In this document: in pieces, positions 48,580-58,827 of the stretch
Numbering within the stretch: position 1 is the stretch's first letter
Layout of the letters: each line of letters begins with the position of its first letter
Source: Spirochaetia bacterium
GTDB taxonomy: Bacteria > Spirochaetota > Spirochaetia > CAKZLE01
Length of the DNA stretch: 64,000 nt
Assembly: GCA_963677595.1 (NCBI GenBank)
Contig: OY782041.1
Span: 3,712,001 to 3,776,000 of the forward strand
Direction: 5' to 3'
The notes under the pieces: model-generated
Told to the model about the DNA's origin: nothing
The model's database searches: none
The model's input: only the letters and a program-made list of their open reading frames with translations
Program-made: the position numbers and the translations under genes

Positions 48580-49620
48580 ATGGAATGCAGTTGTACATTG
48601 AACGGATACACCACAGTGGTCAGGAGCTCCTCACTTGCAGAGATCGTGACCGATGATGAACACAGGATCTTCATCACCGATGAGAACGTGGCGCATCTGC
48701 TGCCGTCTTCGGCAACAGATGCGATTCTCGTACTCCCTGCCGGGGAGGCCCACAAGCGTTGGGAGAGCATCGAGCGGATCATCACCTTCGCCCTGGACCA
48801 TGGGCTCGGGCGCGACTCGGTGTTCATCGGGATCGGCGGGGGAGTCATCTGCGACATGGCTGCCTTCGCTGCCTCGATCTATATGCGGGGCGTGGAGGTC
48901 GAGCTCGTACCGACCACGCTGCTCTCGATGGTCGATGCCTCTGTCGGGGGTAAGACCGGGGCCGACTTCACGAAGGTGAAGAATATCATCGGGACCTTCC
49001 ATCCAGCACGTACCGTCCATATCTGCACCGACACGCTATTCGCCCTGAGTGACGCAGAGTACCTGAACGGGCTCGCTGAAGTTATCAAGCACGGCCTGCT
49101 TGAAGGCGGGGAACTCCTTTCCATCGTCTCGGAACATATCGATGCGCTCAAGGGGCGTAGAGACCGGGAGATGATGGAGCGTATGATCTTCGACTCGATC
49201 CTGGTGAAGAAGCACTTCATCGAGGCAGACCCAAAGGAGCAGCTCGGCCAACGGGCCAAGCTCAACCTCGGGCACACCTTCGGCCATGCCCTGGAGACCA
49301 TCTCCGGCTTGAGTACCTGGTCGCATGGGGCAGCAGTGGCCTGGGGAGTGGTCCGTGCGGCAGAGGCCGCGGAGATCATGGGATTCAACGATCATGCATA
49401 CGTTGCCTTTGTCACTGCACTCTACCGGGACTACGGCTTCGATATAGACTACCGCATCGCAGAAGGGGAGCTGGACGAGTACCTGAGGGTAGTCTCCCAT
49501 GACAAGAAGAAACGCTCAGGCACCGTGCAGTTCATCCTGCAGCGAGGCGTGGGGGATACCTTCCTCACGCCGGTACCGCAGGAGACCATCGCACAGGTCG
49601 TCAGTACTTCTCGAAGATAG
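48580..49620 (+). CDS. aroB: 3-dehydroquinate synthase
   Basis: GGGVICD, PTTLLSMVDASVGGKTG, LNLGHTFGHA, HGAAV. Confidence 0.96.
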   Translation: MECSCTLNGYTTVVRSSSLAEIVTDDEHRIFITDENVAHLLPSSATDAILVLPAGEAHKRWESIERIITFALDHGLGRDSVFIGIGGGVICDMAAFAASIYMRGVEVELVPTTLLSMVDASVGGKTGADFTKVKNIIGTFHPARTVHICTDTLFALSDAEYLNGLAEVIKHGLLEGGELLSIVSEHIDALKGRRDREMMERMIFDSILVKKHFIEADPKEQLGQRAKLNLGHTFGHALETISGLSTWSHGAAVAWGVVRAAEAAEIMGFNDHAYVAFVTALYRDYGFDIDYRIAEGELDEYLRVVSHDKKKRSGTVQFILQRGVGDTFLTPVPQETIAQVVSTSRR

Positions 49621-52147
49621 AAGAAGCCCTCCGATAGAACTCATTGATCCTCTCGAGCTCCTTCCCGGTCACCTCCGGGATCTCTGCGAGTGAATCCATG
49701 ATGACCTGGAGGCTGTAGAGTGCCAGGTCGATCGCCGTATGGAAGTTCTTGACCGACTTGAACCAGAAGACCTGTTCGTTGTTCTGTTCGAGCGTGAGGA
49801 ACCCGAGCACCTTGCGGTTCTTCCTGATCTTGCAGAAGGCGAAGAGCATCTCGAGGTTGTCGATGAGCAGGTGGAACTGCGTATTCAGATCGAAGTTCCC
49901 CTTCGGCGGGGCATCGAGGATCCCCTTGTCCGGTTCGAGGTAGGGGATGATCTTCATGACGCTCGCAAGGCGGTCCCCTGTGTGTATATCATAGCTCTTC
50001 CAGGTGAGTTTCACCCGGTAGTTGCGGACACTCTTCGGGTCCTTGCTATAGGAATCGTGGAGCCTGCCTGCCTGTTCGAGCGGGATGACGATGAGCTTCT
50101 TGTTCCCCTTGTAGGGAATGATGTCATAGAGGTCCCGGTAGAGGATGATCCGAGACTCACCAGTCTTCTCGTCATTGAGGATCTTCTCGTGCTCCTTCGG
50201 CGGCCGCTCCTTCCTTCCGCGGCCGCGGTCATCGGCAGCCTTCGGCCGCCTGGCAGATTCTGCGCCGATACGGGGGAAGAAGTCCGGGTAGATCTCTTTG
50301 ATCCACTCCTTCTTCAATACGGAGACCGATCGTGCGAACATCCTCGTCGTCCTCACGATCTCGCCCGCTACGATGAAGCTCGGTGACTCCTTGAACATGA
50401 AGGATCCTGGATGGATGAAGATCCGTTCTGCCGTGAGGGAGCGATAGACGCCCCTGCCGTCCCGTACACAGACGAACTGGATGAGCCCCTTCGATACGGC
50501 ACAGAGGTAGTCGTGGATGGATCCCCCATGGAGGACCGGGATCTCGAGCGAGGAGACGATCTCCTCGAGCTGTTTCACGATGTTCACGATCTCCTCGGTC
50601 GTCTGGTAGTCGAGATAGTACTTCCTGCAGTACTCCTCCCGCTTCTTGTCGGTATCGAGGTTCGTGTAGAGCTTGTAGAGCCTCAGGTAGGAGACGAAAT
50701 CACCATAGCCGTCAGCGAAGGTGTTGTGCATGGTCCGTGATTCGTACTCCTTCCCGACTGGAAGGACGAAGGGACTCCTCGAAGAGAGGAAAGCGGCGGC
50801 GATGACCGTCTCATGGAGTACCTCAGGATAGGTATAGACTGCCTCCACGATCATACGTGAATGGCGGGGAAGCAGGGGGAACTCGGTCATGAGCTTGCCG
50901 ATGCGCGTCAGCTCGTTCTGCTCATCGATCGCGTCGAGCAGCTTGAGAGTGTTGACGGCACTCATGATCCCGACGAGGCCGGGGGAGGTGATGAAGTCGA
51001 AGCGGGGGAAATCATGGATACCCAGCTCAGCCATCCGGAGCACGACCTCAGAGAGGTCGGTGCGCTTGATCTCCTCGGAGGTGAACATCGGGCGTTCGTT
51101 GAAATCCTCCTGGGAGTAGATCCTGAAACAGTAGCCGGCGGTCGTCCGTCCCGCACGTCCCTTCCGCTGGTTGCAGGATGCCCGTGAGACCGGCACCTGG
51201 ATGAGGGAGGAGGTGAAGGTGTCGGTATTGTAGAAGTTCATCTTGGCGAGGCCGGAGTCGATGACGGTGGTGATGTTGTCGATCGTGATGCTCGTCTCGG
51301 CGATGTTCGTCGCGATGACCACCTTCGTCTTGCCTTCCGGGGTCTCGATGAACACCCGCTCCTGGTCCTCTTTCGGCAGTCTCCCGTAGAGCGGTATGAG
51401 CATGAGGTTCTTCGCCCACCGTTCACGGTTGAGTGCGAACATGCAGTCCTTGATCATCCTCTCCCCCGGCAGGAAGACGAGTACATCACCTTCGACCTTG
51501 CCGCTGTCCCGCTTCTGGATGATCTCGACGATCTTCCCGATGACCATGTCATAGTTGTCCGGCTCCTTCACCGGGCTGTAGATGAGCTTGATCGGGTAGA
51601 TCTTCGCATCGATATGGATGATCGGGCAGCCGTCGAAATACTCGGAGAATACCGTCGGGTTTATGGTAGCCGATGAGATGATCAACCTGAACTCGGGCCG
51701 CTCCTTGAGGATCTCCTTGAGCAGGCCGAGGATGAAATCGATGTTGAGTGACCGTTCATGGGCTTCGTCGACGATCAGGGTCGTGTACTTCCGCAGCAGG
51801 GGGTCTGCCTTCATCTCCTGCAGCAGGATGCCGTCGGTCATGACCTTGAGCTTCGTGTCCATGACCGTCTTGTCAGCGAACCGCATCTTGTACCCGACGA
51901 GGCCGGGGATCTTCGTCCCGAACTGGCGGGCGATGTAGTCGCTCACCGAGAGGGTAGCGATCCTCCTCGGCTGGGTGACGCCGATCATCCCGTGTTCGGC
52001 ACATCCTGCCTCATAGAGGATGATCGGAAGCTGTGTGGTCTTGCCGGAGCCGGTAGGGCTCTCGACGATCACCACCTGGTTATCTTTCAATTCTGACAGG
52101 ATGCGTTCCCGTTCCTTGTATACCGGTAAGTCATGCGGTCGTATCAA
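49601..52147 (-). CDS. hrpA: DEAH-box RNA helicase, HrpA-like
   Basis: GSGKTTQ, TQPRRIA, DEAHER, SAT, QRKGRAGR. Confidence 0.9.
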   Translation of the reverse strand: MIRPHDLPVYKERERILSELKDNQVVIVESPTGSGKTTQLPIILYEAGCAEHGMIGVTQPRRIATLSVSDYIARQFGTKIPGLVGYKMRFADKTVMDTKLKVMTDGILLQEMKADPLLRKYTTLIVDEAHERSLNIDFILGLLKEILKERPEFRLIISSATINPTVFSEYFDGCPIIHIDAKIYPIKLIYSPVKEPDNYDMVIGKIVEIIQKRDSGKVEGDVLVFLPGERMIKDCMFALNRERWAKNLMLIPLYGRLPKEDQERVFIETPEGKTKVVIATNIAETSITIDNITTVIDSGLAKMNFYNTDTFTSSLIQVPVSRASCNQRKGRAGRTTAGYCFRIYSQEDFNERPMFTSEEIKRTDLSEVVLRMAELGIHDFPRFDFITSPGLVGIMSAVNTLKLLDAIDEQNELTRIGKLMTEFPLLPRHSRMIVEAVYTYPEVLHETVIAAAFLSSRSPFVLPVGKEYESRTMHNTFADGYGDFVSYLRLYKLYTNLDTDKKREEYCRKYYLDYQTTEEIVNIVKQLEEIVSSLEIPVLHGGSIHDYLCAVSKGLIQFVCVRDGRGVYRSLTAERIFIHPGSFMFKESPSFIVAGEIVRTTRMFARSVSVLKKEWIKEIYPDFFPRIGAESARRPKAADDRGRGRKERPPKEHEKILNDEKTGESRIILYRDLYDIIPYKGNKKLIVIPLEQAGRLHDSYSKDPKSVRNYRVKLTWKSYDIHTGDRLASVMKIIPYLEPDKGILDAPPKGNFDLNTQFHLLIDNLEMLFAFCKIRKNRKVLGFLTLEQNNEQVFWFKSVKNFHTAIDLALYSLQVIMDSLAEIPEVTGKELERINEFYRRASSIFEKY

Positions 52148-53454
52148 TTCTTGTCTCCACGTGCGGTCATGATGATCTCGGCGGCTCTCTGTGCGGAGAT
52201 CCCGTCGAACTCCTCCCGGCTGTCCAGATCCTTGAGCCTGAGCAGGCCGGATTCAGCCTCCTCGGACCCGATGAAGATGCCGAAGGGGATACCCTTGCGT
52301 TCTGCGAACTTGAACTGGCCGCCCAGTTTCTTCGCGCTGGGGTAGACTTCCACACGCAGGCCGAGGGAACGGAGTTCCTGGGCAGCCTTGTGGCATTCAC
52401 CGAGTAGGGAGTCATCCATGTCGAAGATGATCGCATCGACTGACCTTTCTGTCCCTGCATCCTCCTGCAGCTCCTCGAGGGCGGCAAGCAGGCGGTCGAG
52501 GCCGATGGATGATCCGACCCCGGGGAGGGAGCGCTTGGTGTAGAGGGAAGCAAGCTCGTTGTACCTGCCCCCGGAACAGACCGAACCGATCGAGGGGAGG
52601 TCATCAAGGATCGTCTCGTAGACGATGCCGGTGTAGTAGTCAAGACCGCGCGTGATCGATGGGTCGAGCGTGAAGTGGTCGTTGAGGCCGAGCCTGTCGA
52701 TGAGGGTGAAGATGCCATAGAGGCGTTCAGACGCTTCAGTCTCCCCGCCAGAGAGGGTGACCATGTTCTGGTAGGTCTCTTCCTGCGTCGGCTTCTCCTC
52801 GATGAAGGAGAGGACCTTGAGCGAGAGCTCATGGTCGATGAGTTCGTCGAGCTGGGAGATGACGGCATCCCTGCCGATCTTGGAGAGCTTGTCGACGGTC
52901 CTCAGGATCTCCTCAGAGCTTTCCAGGATGCCGTTGGTCTCGAGGAAGGCATTGAAGATGCCCCGGTGGGAGAACCGGATGGTGAACCGGTCGATGCCGA
53001 TCCCCTTGAGGGACTGGTACATCATAAGCAGGATCTCGAAGTCAGCTGAGAGGGAGTCTACCCCCACGATATCGAAATCGCACTGGAAGAACTCGCGGAA
53101 CCGACCCTTCTGGGTGTTCTCGCCCCTCCATACCTTCGCGATATGGTAGCGCTTGAACGGCTCATAGAGCTCGTTGATATGCCCGGCCATGAACCGTGCG
53201 AAGGGGACGGTGAGGTCGAAGCGCATGGCAACGTCGCGTTTGCCGTTGTCGAGGAAGCGGTAGATCTGCTTGTCAGTCTCCCCGCTCCCCTTGCCGAGCA
53301 GTACCTCGGTGTATTCGAGTATCGGTGTATCGATCGGTTCGAAGCCGAATGAACGGAAGCGCATCTCCAGCGAGTGGATGAGATCCCGTTTCTGCAGCTC
53401 CTGTTTGGGAAGTGAATCCCTGAAACCCTTCAATACACGCGGTTCAATGATCAT
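52144..53454 (-). CDS. hisS: Histidine--tRNA ligase
   Basis: RFDLTVPFAR, GRFREFFQCDFD, RGLDYYTG, GGRY. Confidence 0.98.
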   Translation of the reverse strand: MIIEPRVLKGFRDSLPKQELQKRDLIHSLEMRFRSFGFEPIDTPILEYTEVLLGKGSGETDKQIYRFLDNGKRDVAMRFDLTVPFARFMAGHINELYEPFKRYHIAKVWRGENTQKGRFREFFQCDFDIVGVDSLSADFEILLMMYQSLKGIGIDRFTIRFSHRGIFNAFLETNGILESSEEILRTVDKLSKIGRDAVISQLDELIDHELSLKVLSFIEEKPTQEETYQNMVTLSGGETEASERLYGIFTLIDRLGLNDHFTLDPSITRGLDYYTGIVYETILDDLPSIGSVCSGGRYNELASLYTKRSLPGVGSSIGLDRLLAALEELQEDAGTERSVDAIIFDMDDSLLGECHKAAQELRSLGLRVEVYPSAKKLGGQFKFAERKGIPFGIFIGSEEAESGLLRLKDLDSREEFDGISAQRAAEIIMTARGDKN

Positions 53455-53580
53455 GGATGCTCCTTTTTACCTGTAAATCATATGGTATTACTGTTAGACA
53501 GTTGTTAAATCTTCAAAAAGTTGATAGGGTAATCATACTCAATAAAGCAGATAACTTCAATCAATATGAGAATTATATAG

Positions 53581-54813
53581 ATGCTAATACGTTACAGAAT
53601 GAATGAACACGGCAAGCGTCAGGCTATTGCCAAGGTATTTACCGAACAGGACTTCTCAGTCAGGATGAGCGATGTGGACCCCGACGCCGTCCTCATCGTC
53701 GACCGGCTCAAGAAGAACGGGTTCGAGGCCTACATCGTAGGCGGGGCGGTACGCGACCTGCTGCTTGGGAAGATCCCCAAGGATTTCGATATCTCGACCG
53801 ACGCGAACCCGAAGCAGATCCGGAAACTCTTCTGGAACTCCCGGATCATCGGCAGGCGGTTCAAGCTCGTCCATATCTATTTCCAGGAGAAGATCTTCGA
53901 GGTATCGACCTTCCGGTCGAACGAGATCGACCCCGAGCAGGGGAACAACGTCTACGGGACCATCGAGCAGGACGCGAAACGGCGGGACTTCTCGATCAAC
54001 GGCCTCTACTTCGACCCCATCGAGAAGCACATCGTCGATTTCGGGGACTATTACAAGGATATCACCAGCCGCAGGATGCGGTCGATCATCCCGCTGAACG
54101 AGACCTTCATCGAGGATCCCGTCAGGATGATACGCTGCATCAAGTACTCGGTGGCCGGGGATTTCACCATACCGTTCCGACTCGACCGGGCGATCAAGAA
54201 GTATGCGGATGAGCTTCACCGCTGCTCCTCTTCGAGGATGACCGAGGAGGTCTTCAAGATCCTCCAGACAGGCTATTCGAAGCCGATCTTCGAGCGCCTC
54301 ATCCACTACCGGCTCTTCCGCCATGTGCTCCCCGGTGTCTCGGACCAGATCGACCACGGGAAGAACAGGATCCTCTCTGACCAGCTCTATGAGTCGCTCT
54401 CGACCCTTGATGGTGTGATCAGGCACAATGAGAATGTCACCCGGGCCCGGATGCTCGCAGGTCTCGTGGACCCCTTCCTCAGCTTCCCGGATGAGTATGA
54501 GAACTCACTCGAACTCTTCCGATCGGTCTTCAAGCAGATCAAGCAGATCATAGCGCCGATAACTCCCCCGAACTACGAGGTGGAGAAGTCTGTCGAGTTC
54601 TTCTTCAAGAATGAGAACATAAAAGTGCCGAAGAATGCCGTGCGAAAACCGAACAACAAGAAGCCGCCGGTGAAGACTCAGAAGCAGCAGCGCAGGCGGA
54701 GGCCCCAGAAGTCGAGGAAGAAGGGCAGCAGTGCCAAGGGACAGCCCCAGAAAGGGCAATCCCAGAATGGGAAAGCCAAACAAGGGCAAGCCTCTACCCA
54801 GGGGAAGAACTAG
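53581..54813 (+). CDS. pcnB: Poly(A) polymerase
   Basis: VGGAVRD, DFD, PAP signature IIGRRFKLVHI, RRDF, EDPVRM; basic tail. Confidence 0.88.
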   Translation: MLIRYRMNEHGKRQAIAKVFTEQDFSVRMSDVDPDAVLIVDRLKKNGFEAYIVGGAVRDLLLGKIPKDFDISTDANPKQIRKLFWNSRIIGRRFKLVHIYFQEKIFEVSTFRSNEIDPEQGNNVYGTIEQDAKRRDFSINGLYFDPIEKHIVDFGDYYKDITSRRMRSIIPLNETFIEDPVRMIRCIKYSVAGDFTIPFRLDRAIKKYADELHRCSSSRMTEEVFKILQTGYSKPIFERLIHYRLFRHVLPGVSDQIDHGKNRILSDQLYESLSTLDGVIRHNENVTRARMLAGLVDPFLSFPDEYENSLELFRSVFKQIKQIIAPITPPNYEVEKSVEFFFKNENIKVPKNAVRKPNNKKPPVKTQKQQRRRRPQKSRKKGSSAKGQPQKGQSQNGKAKQGQASTQGKN

Positions 54814-55673
54814 TTCATCCAGTCATCCACTTCTATATTGATCTCCGAGGTGATGACCCCGCCGTACCGCTCCAGGCTGTCCGCTATATAGGTCTGGAGC
54901 TCCTTGAGCGACCCTGACACCTGGAACTTGATGGGTATCTTGAGCTTGATGTGCAGCTGGTAGCCGTCGGGGTTGTTCTTGATCGTGACCTTCTTCACCC
55001 TGATCATGTCATCGAACTCATCAAGGCAGTGGATGACCATCTGCGTCAATGCCGCCTCAGACATGGTGATCTTCCCCTTCTTGCCGAACTCCGGACGGAT
55101 GATGGTCTTCTCGAAGACCTTCTGCTTCTTCCAGGGCAGGGGGACCTTCGTCTTGAAGAAGATCCTCATGGAGTCATAGACCTCCTGCGGGTAGTTCCGC
55201 GAGATCTCGATGGTCGGGACGGGGATGACGTGCTTGCCCTCGGAGTTTCGGATGCGCATGGCCGTCTCGATCTCCTCCTTGCTCGCGAGGTCCTCGATCT
55301 TGATGACCTTCTCAGGTTCGGGGAGCTTGAGCCTCACGGCGATCCGGTTCACCATCTTCTCTGACGTGCCGATGATGAGGATCTTCTTGAAGTGGGTCTT
55401 CTGCAGCTTGGAATAGACATCATCTCGATGGGCATCATCATCGAAGAGGGCAGTCTTGATCGCCTTGAGGAAGACCTGCTCCTTCTTCGCGGACTTCCCC
55501 GCGATGATCTTGTCCCCCTCTATGAGCAGTCCGTCATCGATGATGAGTTCAATACCATATTTATCTGCTACGAGCTTGGATCTGAAACTCTTGCCGGTGC
55601 CGCTCCGCCCGACGAGGGCGAAGACCTTTCTGCCCCTGAGTTTCCAGATCGTGTAGCGCATCAATCTGTTCAT
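54810..55673 (-). CDS. P-loop protein with Asp23/Gls24-like C-terminal domain
   Basis: GRSGTGKS, IIDDGLLI, GKHVIPVP; start placed at ATG 55673 from promoter spacing. Confidence 0.7.
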   Translation of the reverse strand: MNRLMRYTIWKLRGRKVFALVGRSGTGKSFRSKLVADKYGIELIIDDGLLIEGDKIIAGKSAKKEQVFLKAIKTALFDDDAHRDDVYSKLQKTHFKKILIIGTSEKMVNRIAVRLKLPEPEKVIKIEDLASKEEIETAMRIRNSEGKHVIPVPTIEISRNYPQEVYDSMRIFFKTKVPLPWKKQKVFEKTIIRPEFGKKGKITMSEAALTQMVIHCLDEFDDMIRVKKVTIKNNPDGYQLHIKLKIPIKFQVSGSLKELQTYIADSLERYGGVITSEINIEVDDWMN

Positions 55674-55824
55674 GATGCTACTATACCCATTTGTCAGCCT
55701 GATGTCCATGAATTACGGGAGAGTAATAATGTGAATACACGGTTTTATCCTGACAGAAAAAATCATGGTTTTCATATCATCCGGTCTGACTCTGCAAGAG
55801 CCCTTACTTTTGGTTCCACCAATA

Positions 55825-55853
55825 TTGATTAAATAAACCAATAGCGGTATAGT
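55825..55853 (+). promoter_or_regulatory. Sigma70 promoter of the V-ATPase operon
   Basis: TTGATT-17 nt-TATAGT. Confidence 0.6.
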
Positions 55854-55880
55854 AGGAAAAAATCTTGTTCGAGGGACCGC

Positions 55881-56492
55881 ATGGAAGTACAGGTAAAAGA
55901 GCTCATCAAATCCATCCAGAAGGATGGTATCGAGGCTGCTGAGAAACAGTCAGGTGAAATTGTAGATAAAGCGAAGAAAGAGGCCGAGCAGATCGTATCC
56001 AAAGCGAAGAAAGAGGCTGAACGCATCCTTGCAGATGCAGGCAAAGAGGTCGAGCGACTGAGACTCAGTTCCACGGCTTCCCTGGAGCAGTCGGCACGGG
56101 ATGTCCTGCTCTCCCTGGAACAGAAGATCAGGAAGGTCCTGGATGCCGCCCTGTTCACGGAAGTGACGAAGAACATGTCCGGCAAGGTCCTTGCAGGCTG
56201 TATCACCGATGTGGTCAAGAGCGACCTGGTGGAGACCGGTGCTGTCGCGCTGGAGCTCTCCGAGAAGGATGCTTCCCAGATCCTCGAGGGGTTGAAGAAG
56301 AGCCTGGAGAAGGAACTTGCAGCCGGTCTCGAGATCAAGCCCATCGCATCGGCGCAGGGCGGGTTCATCATCCGACAGAAGGACGGCAAGGCTTATTACG
56401 ACTTCTCCGTCAAGGAGATCGCGGCCAACGTGGTGAGACTGGTCAACCCCTATGTCGCTGAAGTCATCCAGAATGCCGTGAAAGGAGCATAA
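55881..56492 (+). CDS. ntpE: V/A-type ATPase subunit E
   Basis: Coiled-coil N-terminus, first gene of the operon. Confidence 0.88.
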   Translation: MEVQVKELIKSIQKDGIEAAEKQSGEIVDKAKKEAEQIVSKAKKEAERILADAGKEVERLRLSSTASLEQSARDVLLSLEQKIRKVLDAALFTEVTKNMSGKVLAGCITDVVKSDLVETGAVALELSEKDASQILEGLKKSLEKELAAGLEIKPIASAQGGFIIRQKDGKAYYDFSVKEIAANVVRLVNPYVAEVIQNAVKGA

Positions 56493-57037
56493 TGGTGGCC
56501 GATTACTATTATCTGGTCTCCTCTCTCCCAGAACTGCAGCTTGAGGCACCCCCGCTCATCTCGCGAGAGGAGTTCCTCTCACTGTGCGAGGAACAGCTTA
56601 CCGACAGGGACCTGAGCATCATGCAGGCCCTCGTCTCCGGGGTCTCCGGCACCGGCGGTTCTGAGACCGCAGCCCAATGGGTCTCCTTCTCTGACTCCCT
56701 CGATGCCGAACTGGCATCCCAGCGGGCCCAGAGGATGAACCTCAAGGACCAGTCCTCTTATATACCGCAGGAACTCCCTCCTGCATCCATCGTCGACCTT
56801 GTCGCAAAAGCTATGTCCGACCTTTCACCCCTTGAGAGCGAAAGGCTGCTTGACGAGGCACGACTCGCATTTCTCGATGAACTTGCTGTGAACCACCACT
56901 TTGACCTTACAAGGATCATCGTCTATTACCTGAAGCTCACGATTCTCGATCGTGAGCAGTCCTTCGAGTTCGATCGCGGTGATGCTGAATTCAGAAGGTT
57001 GTTATCGAATATACAAACTAGCATACGAAGCTATTAA
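56492..57037 (+). CDS. DUF2764 protein (V-ATPase subunit C-like)
   Basis: YYYLVSSLP, HHFD..IVYYLKL; position between E and A. Confidence 0.8.
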   Translation: MVADYYYLVSSLPELQLEAPPLISREEFLSLCEEQLTDRDLSIMQALVSGVSGTGGSETAAQWVSFSDSLDAELASQRAQRMNLKDQSSYIPQELPPASIVDLVAKAMSDLSPLESERLLDEARLAFLDELAVNHHFDLTRIIVYYLKLTILDREQSFEFDRGDAEFRRLLSNIQTSIRSY

Positions 57038-57052
57038 TTACGGGGTTGATAC

Positions 57053-58816
57053 ATGTCTGTGAGTAAAGGAACGGTTGTAGGGATCAACGGCAACATGGTC
57101 TCAGTAAAGGTCGAAGGGAATGTCTCCCTGAATGAGGTTGCCTATATCCTGCTCGGGAAGACCCGGGTCAAATCAGAGGTCATCAGGATCCGCGGAGACA
57201 TCGTCTCCATGCAGGCCTTCGAGATGACCGGGGGTATCGGGGTCGGTGATGAGGTCGAGTTCACCGGTGAGATGCTCAGCGTCGAGCTCGGTCCCGGGCT
57301 GCTCGGACAGGTCTACGACGGCCTGCAGAACCCGCTGCCCGAACTTGCAGAGAAGTGCGGGTTCTTCCTCGAACGGGGGGAGTACATCAAGGCGCTCCCG
57401 AAGAGCAGCTGGGATTTCACCCCTTCCGTGAAGAAGGGCGATACCCTCCAGCCTGCCGATTCCATCGGTTCCGTACCGGAAGGCATCTTCGATCACAAGA
57501 TCATGGTCCCGTTCAACCTGCCAAAAGGCGAGTACACAGTCAAGTCGATCGTGAAGAAGGGATCCTACAGTAATGATGAGACCATAGCCGTCATCACTGA
57601 CAGCGAGGGGAACGACCATGACCTTACCATGATCTTCACCTGGCCGGTCAAGAAGGCGATCAGCCTCTATGAGGAACGGCTGAAACCGGTAGAGCCGATG
57701 ATTACGAAGGTCAGGCTCATCGATACCTTCCTCCCCGTGGCAAAGGGCGGTACCTACTGTATCCCCGGCCCCTTCGGTGCCGGCAAGACCGTCCTGCAGC
57801 AGGTGACCAGCCGTAACGCAGAGGTCGATATCGTCATCATCGCAGCCTGCGGAGAACGTGCCGGAGAGGTCGTCGAGACCCTGCAGGAGTTCCCCGAACT
57901 CATAGACCCCAGGACGGGGAAGTCGCTCATGGAGAGGACGCTCATCATCTGCAATACTTCCTCGATGCCGGTAGCGGCCAGGGAGGCCTCGGTATACACC
58001 GCGGTGACCCTCGCTGAGTACTACCGCCAGATGGGACTCGATGTCCTGCTCCTGGCAGACTCTACCTCTCGGTGGGCACAGGCAATGAGGGAGATGTCAG
58101 GACGGCTCGAGGAGATCCCGGGTGAGGAATCCTTCCCAGCATACCTGGAGTCGGTCATCGCGAGTTTCTACGAGCGAGCCGGCCTGGTTCGTTTGCGTGA
58201 TGGTTCGATCGGTTCAGTAACGATCGGCGGCACGGTAAGCCCTGCAGGGGGTAACTTCGAAGAGCCGGTGACACAGGCGACCTTGAAGGTCGTCGGTGCG
58301 TTCCACGGACTCTCGAGGGAACGTTCCGATGCCCGTAAGTACCCGGCCATCCACCCGCTGGACAGCTGGTCGAAATACAATGGTGTCATCGACAATGACC
58401 TTACAGCCTATGCGCGAGGCATCCTCTTCAGGGGTGATGAGGTCAACCAGATGATGAAGGTCGTAGGTGAAGAGGGTACGAGCCTCGGGGACTACATCAC
58501 CTTCCTCAAGTCTGACATGCTCGATGCTGTCTACCTCCAGCAGGACTCCTTCGACCCGACAGACGAGTCAGTCGGCGTCGACCGGCAGAAATATGTGTTC
58601 CGGAAGATGGTCACCATCCTCGGTTCGGAATACAAGCTCTCCACCAAGGAGGCAGCACGTCACTTCTTTAACCAGCTGAGGCAGAAACTGCTCGACCTGA
58701 ACGTCTGCGAGTGGCAGAGTGACAAGTTCGAGCTGCAGGAGAAGGATGTGGACGGGATGCTCGATGAGTACTTCGTCTCCCTCGACGGGGATGTAGAGAA
58801 ATTATTAGGTAAATAG
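57053..58816 (+). CDS. ntpA: V/A-type ATPase subunit A
   Basis: [32 protein letters not shown]. Confidence 0.97.
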   Translation: MSVSKGTVVGINGNMVSVKVEGNVSLNEVAYILLGKTRVKSEVIRIRGDIVSMQAFEMTGGIGVGDEVEFTGEMLSVELGPGLLGQVYDGLQNPLPELAEKCGFFLERGEYIKALPKSSWDFTPSVKKGDTLQPADSIGSVPEGIFDHKIMVPFNLPKGEYTVKSIVKKGSYSNDETIAVITDSEGNDHDLTMIFTWPVKKAISLYEERLKPVEPMITKVRLIDTFLPVAKGGTYCIPGPFGAGKTVLQQVTSRNAEVDIVIIAACGERAGEVVETLQEFPELIDPRTGKSLMERTLIICNTSSMPVAAREASVYTAVTLAEYYRQMGLDVLLLADSTSRWAQAMREMSGRLEEIPGEESFPAYLESVIASFYERAGLVRLRDGSIGSVTIGGTVSPAGGNFEEPVTQATLKVVGAFHGLSRERSDARKYPAIHPLDSWSKYNGVIDNDLTAYARGILFRGDEVNQMMKVVGEEGTSLGDYITFLKSDMLDAVYLQQDSFDPTDESVGVDRQKYVFRKMVTILGSEYKLSTKEAARHFFNQLRQKLLDLNVCEWQSDKFELQEKDVDGMLDEYFVSLDGDVEKLLGK

Positions 58817-58827
58817 AGGCGTTAGTG

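Noticed and set aside
50571-50590. TGTTTCACGATGTTCACG resembling parS
   Set aside because: Only a half-site, not palindromic, and explained by coding sequence
40371-54813. Two class II nucleotidyltransferases considered as split CC- and A-adding enzymes
   Set aside because: One has the poly(A) polymerase signature and the other an intact flexible loop and ERxxxE, consistent with ordinary PcnB plus CCA enzyme
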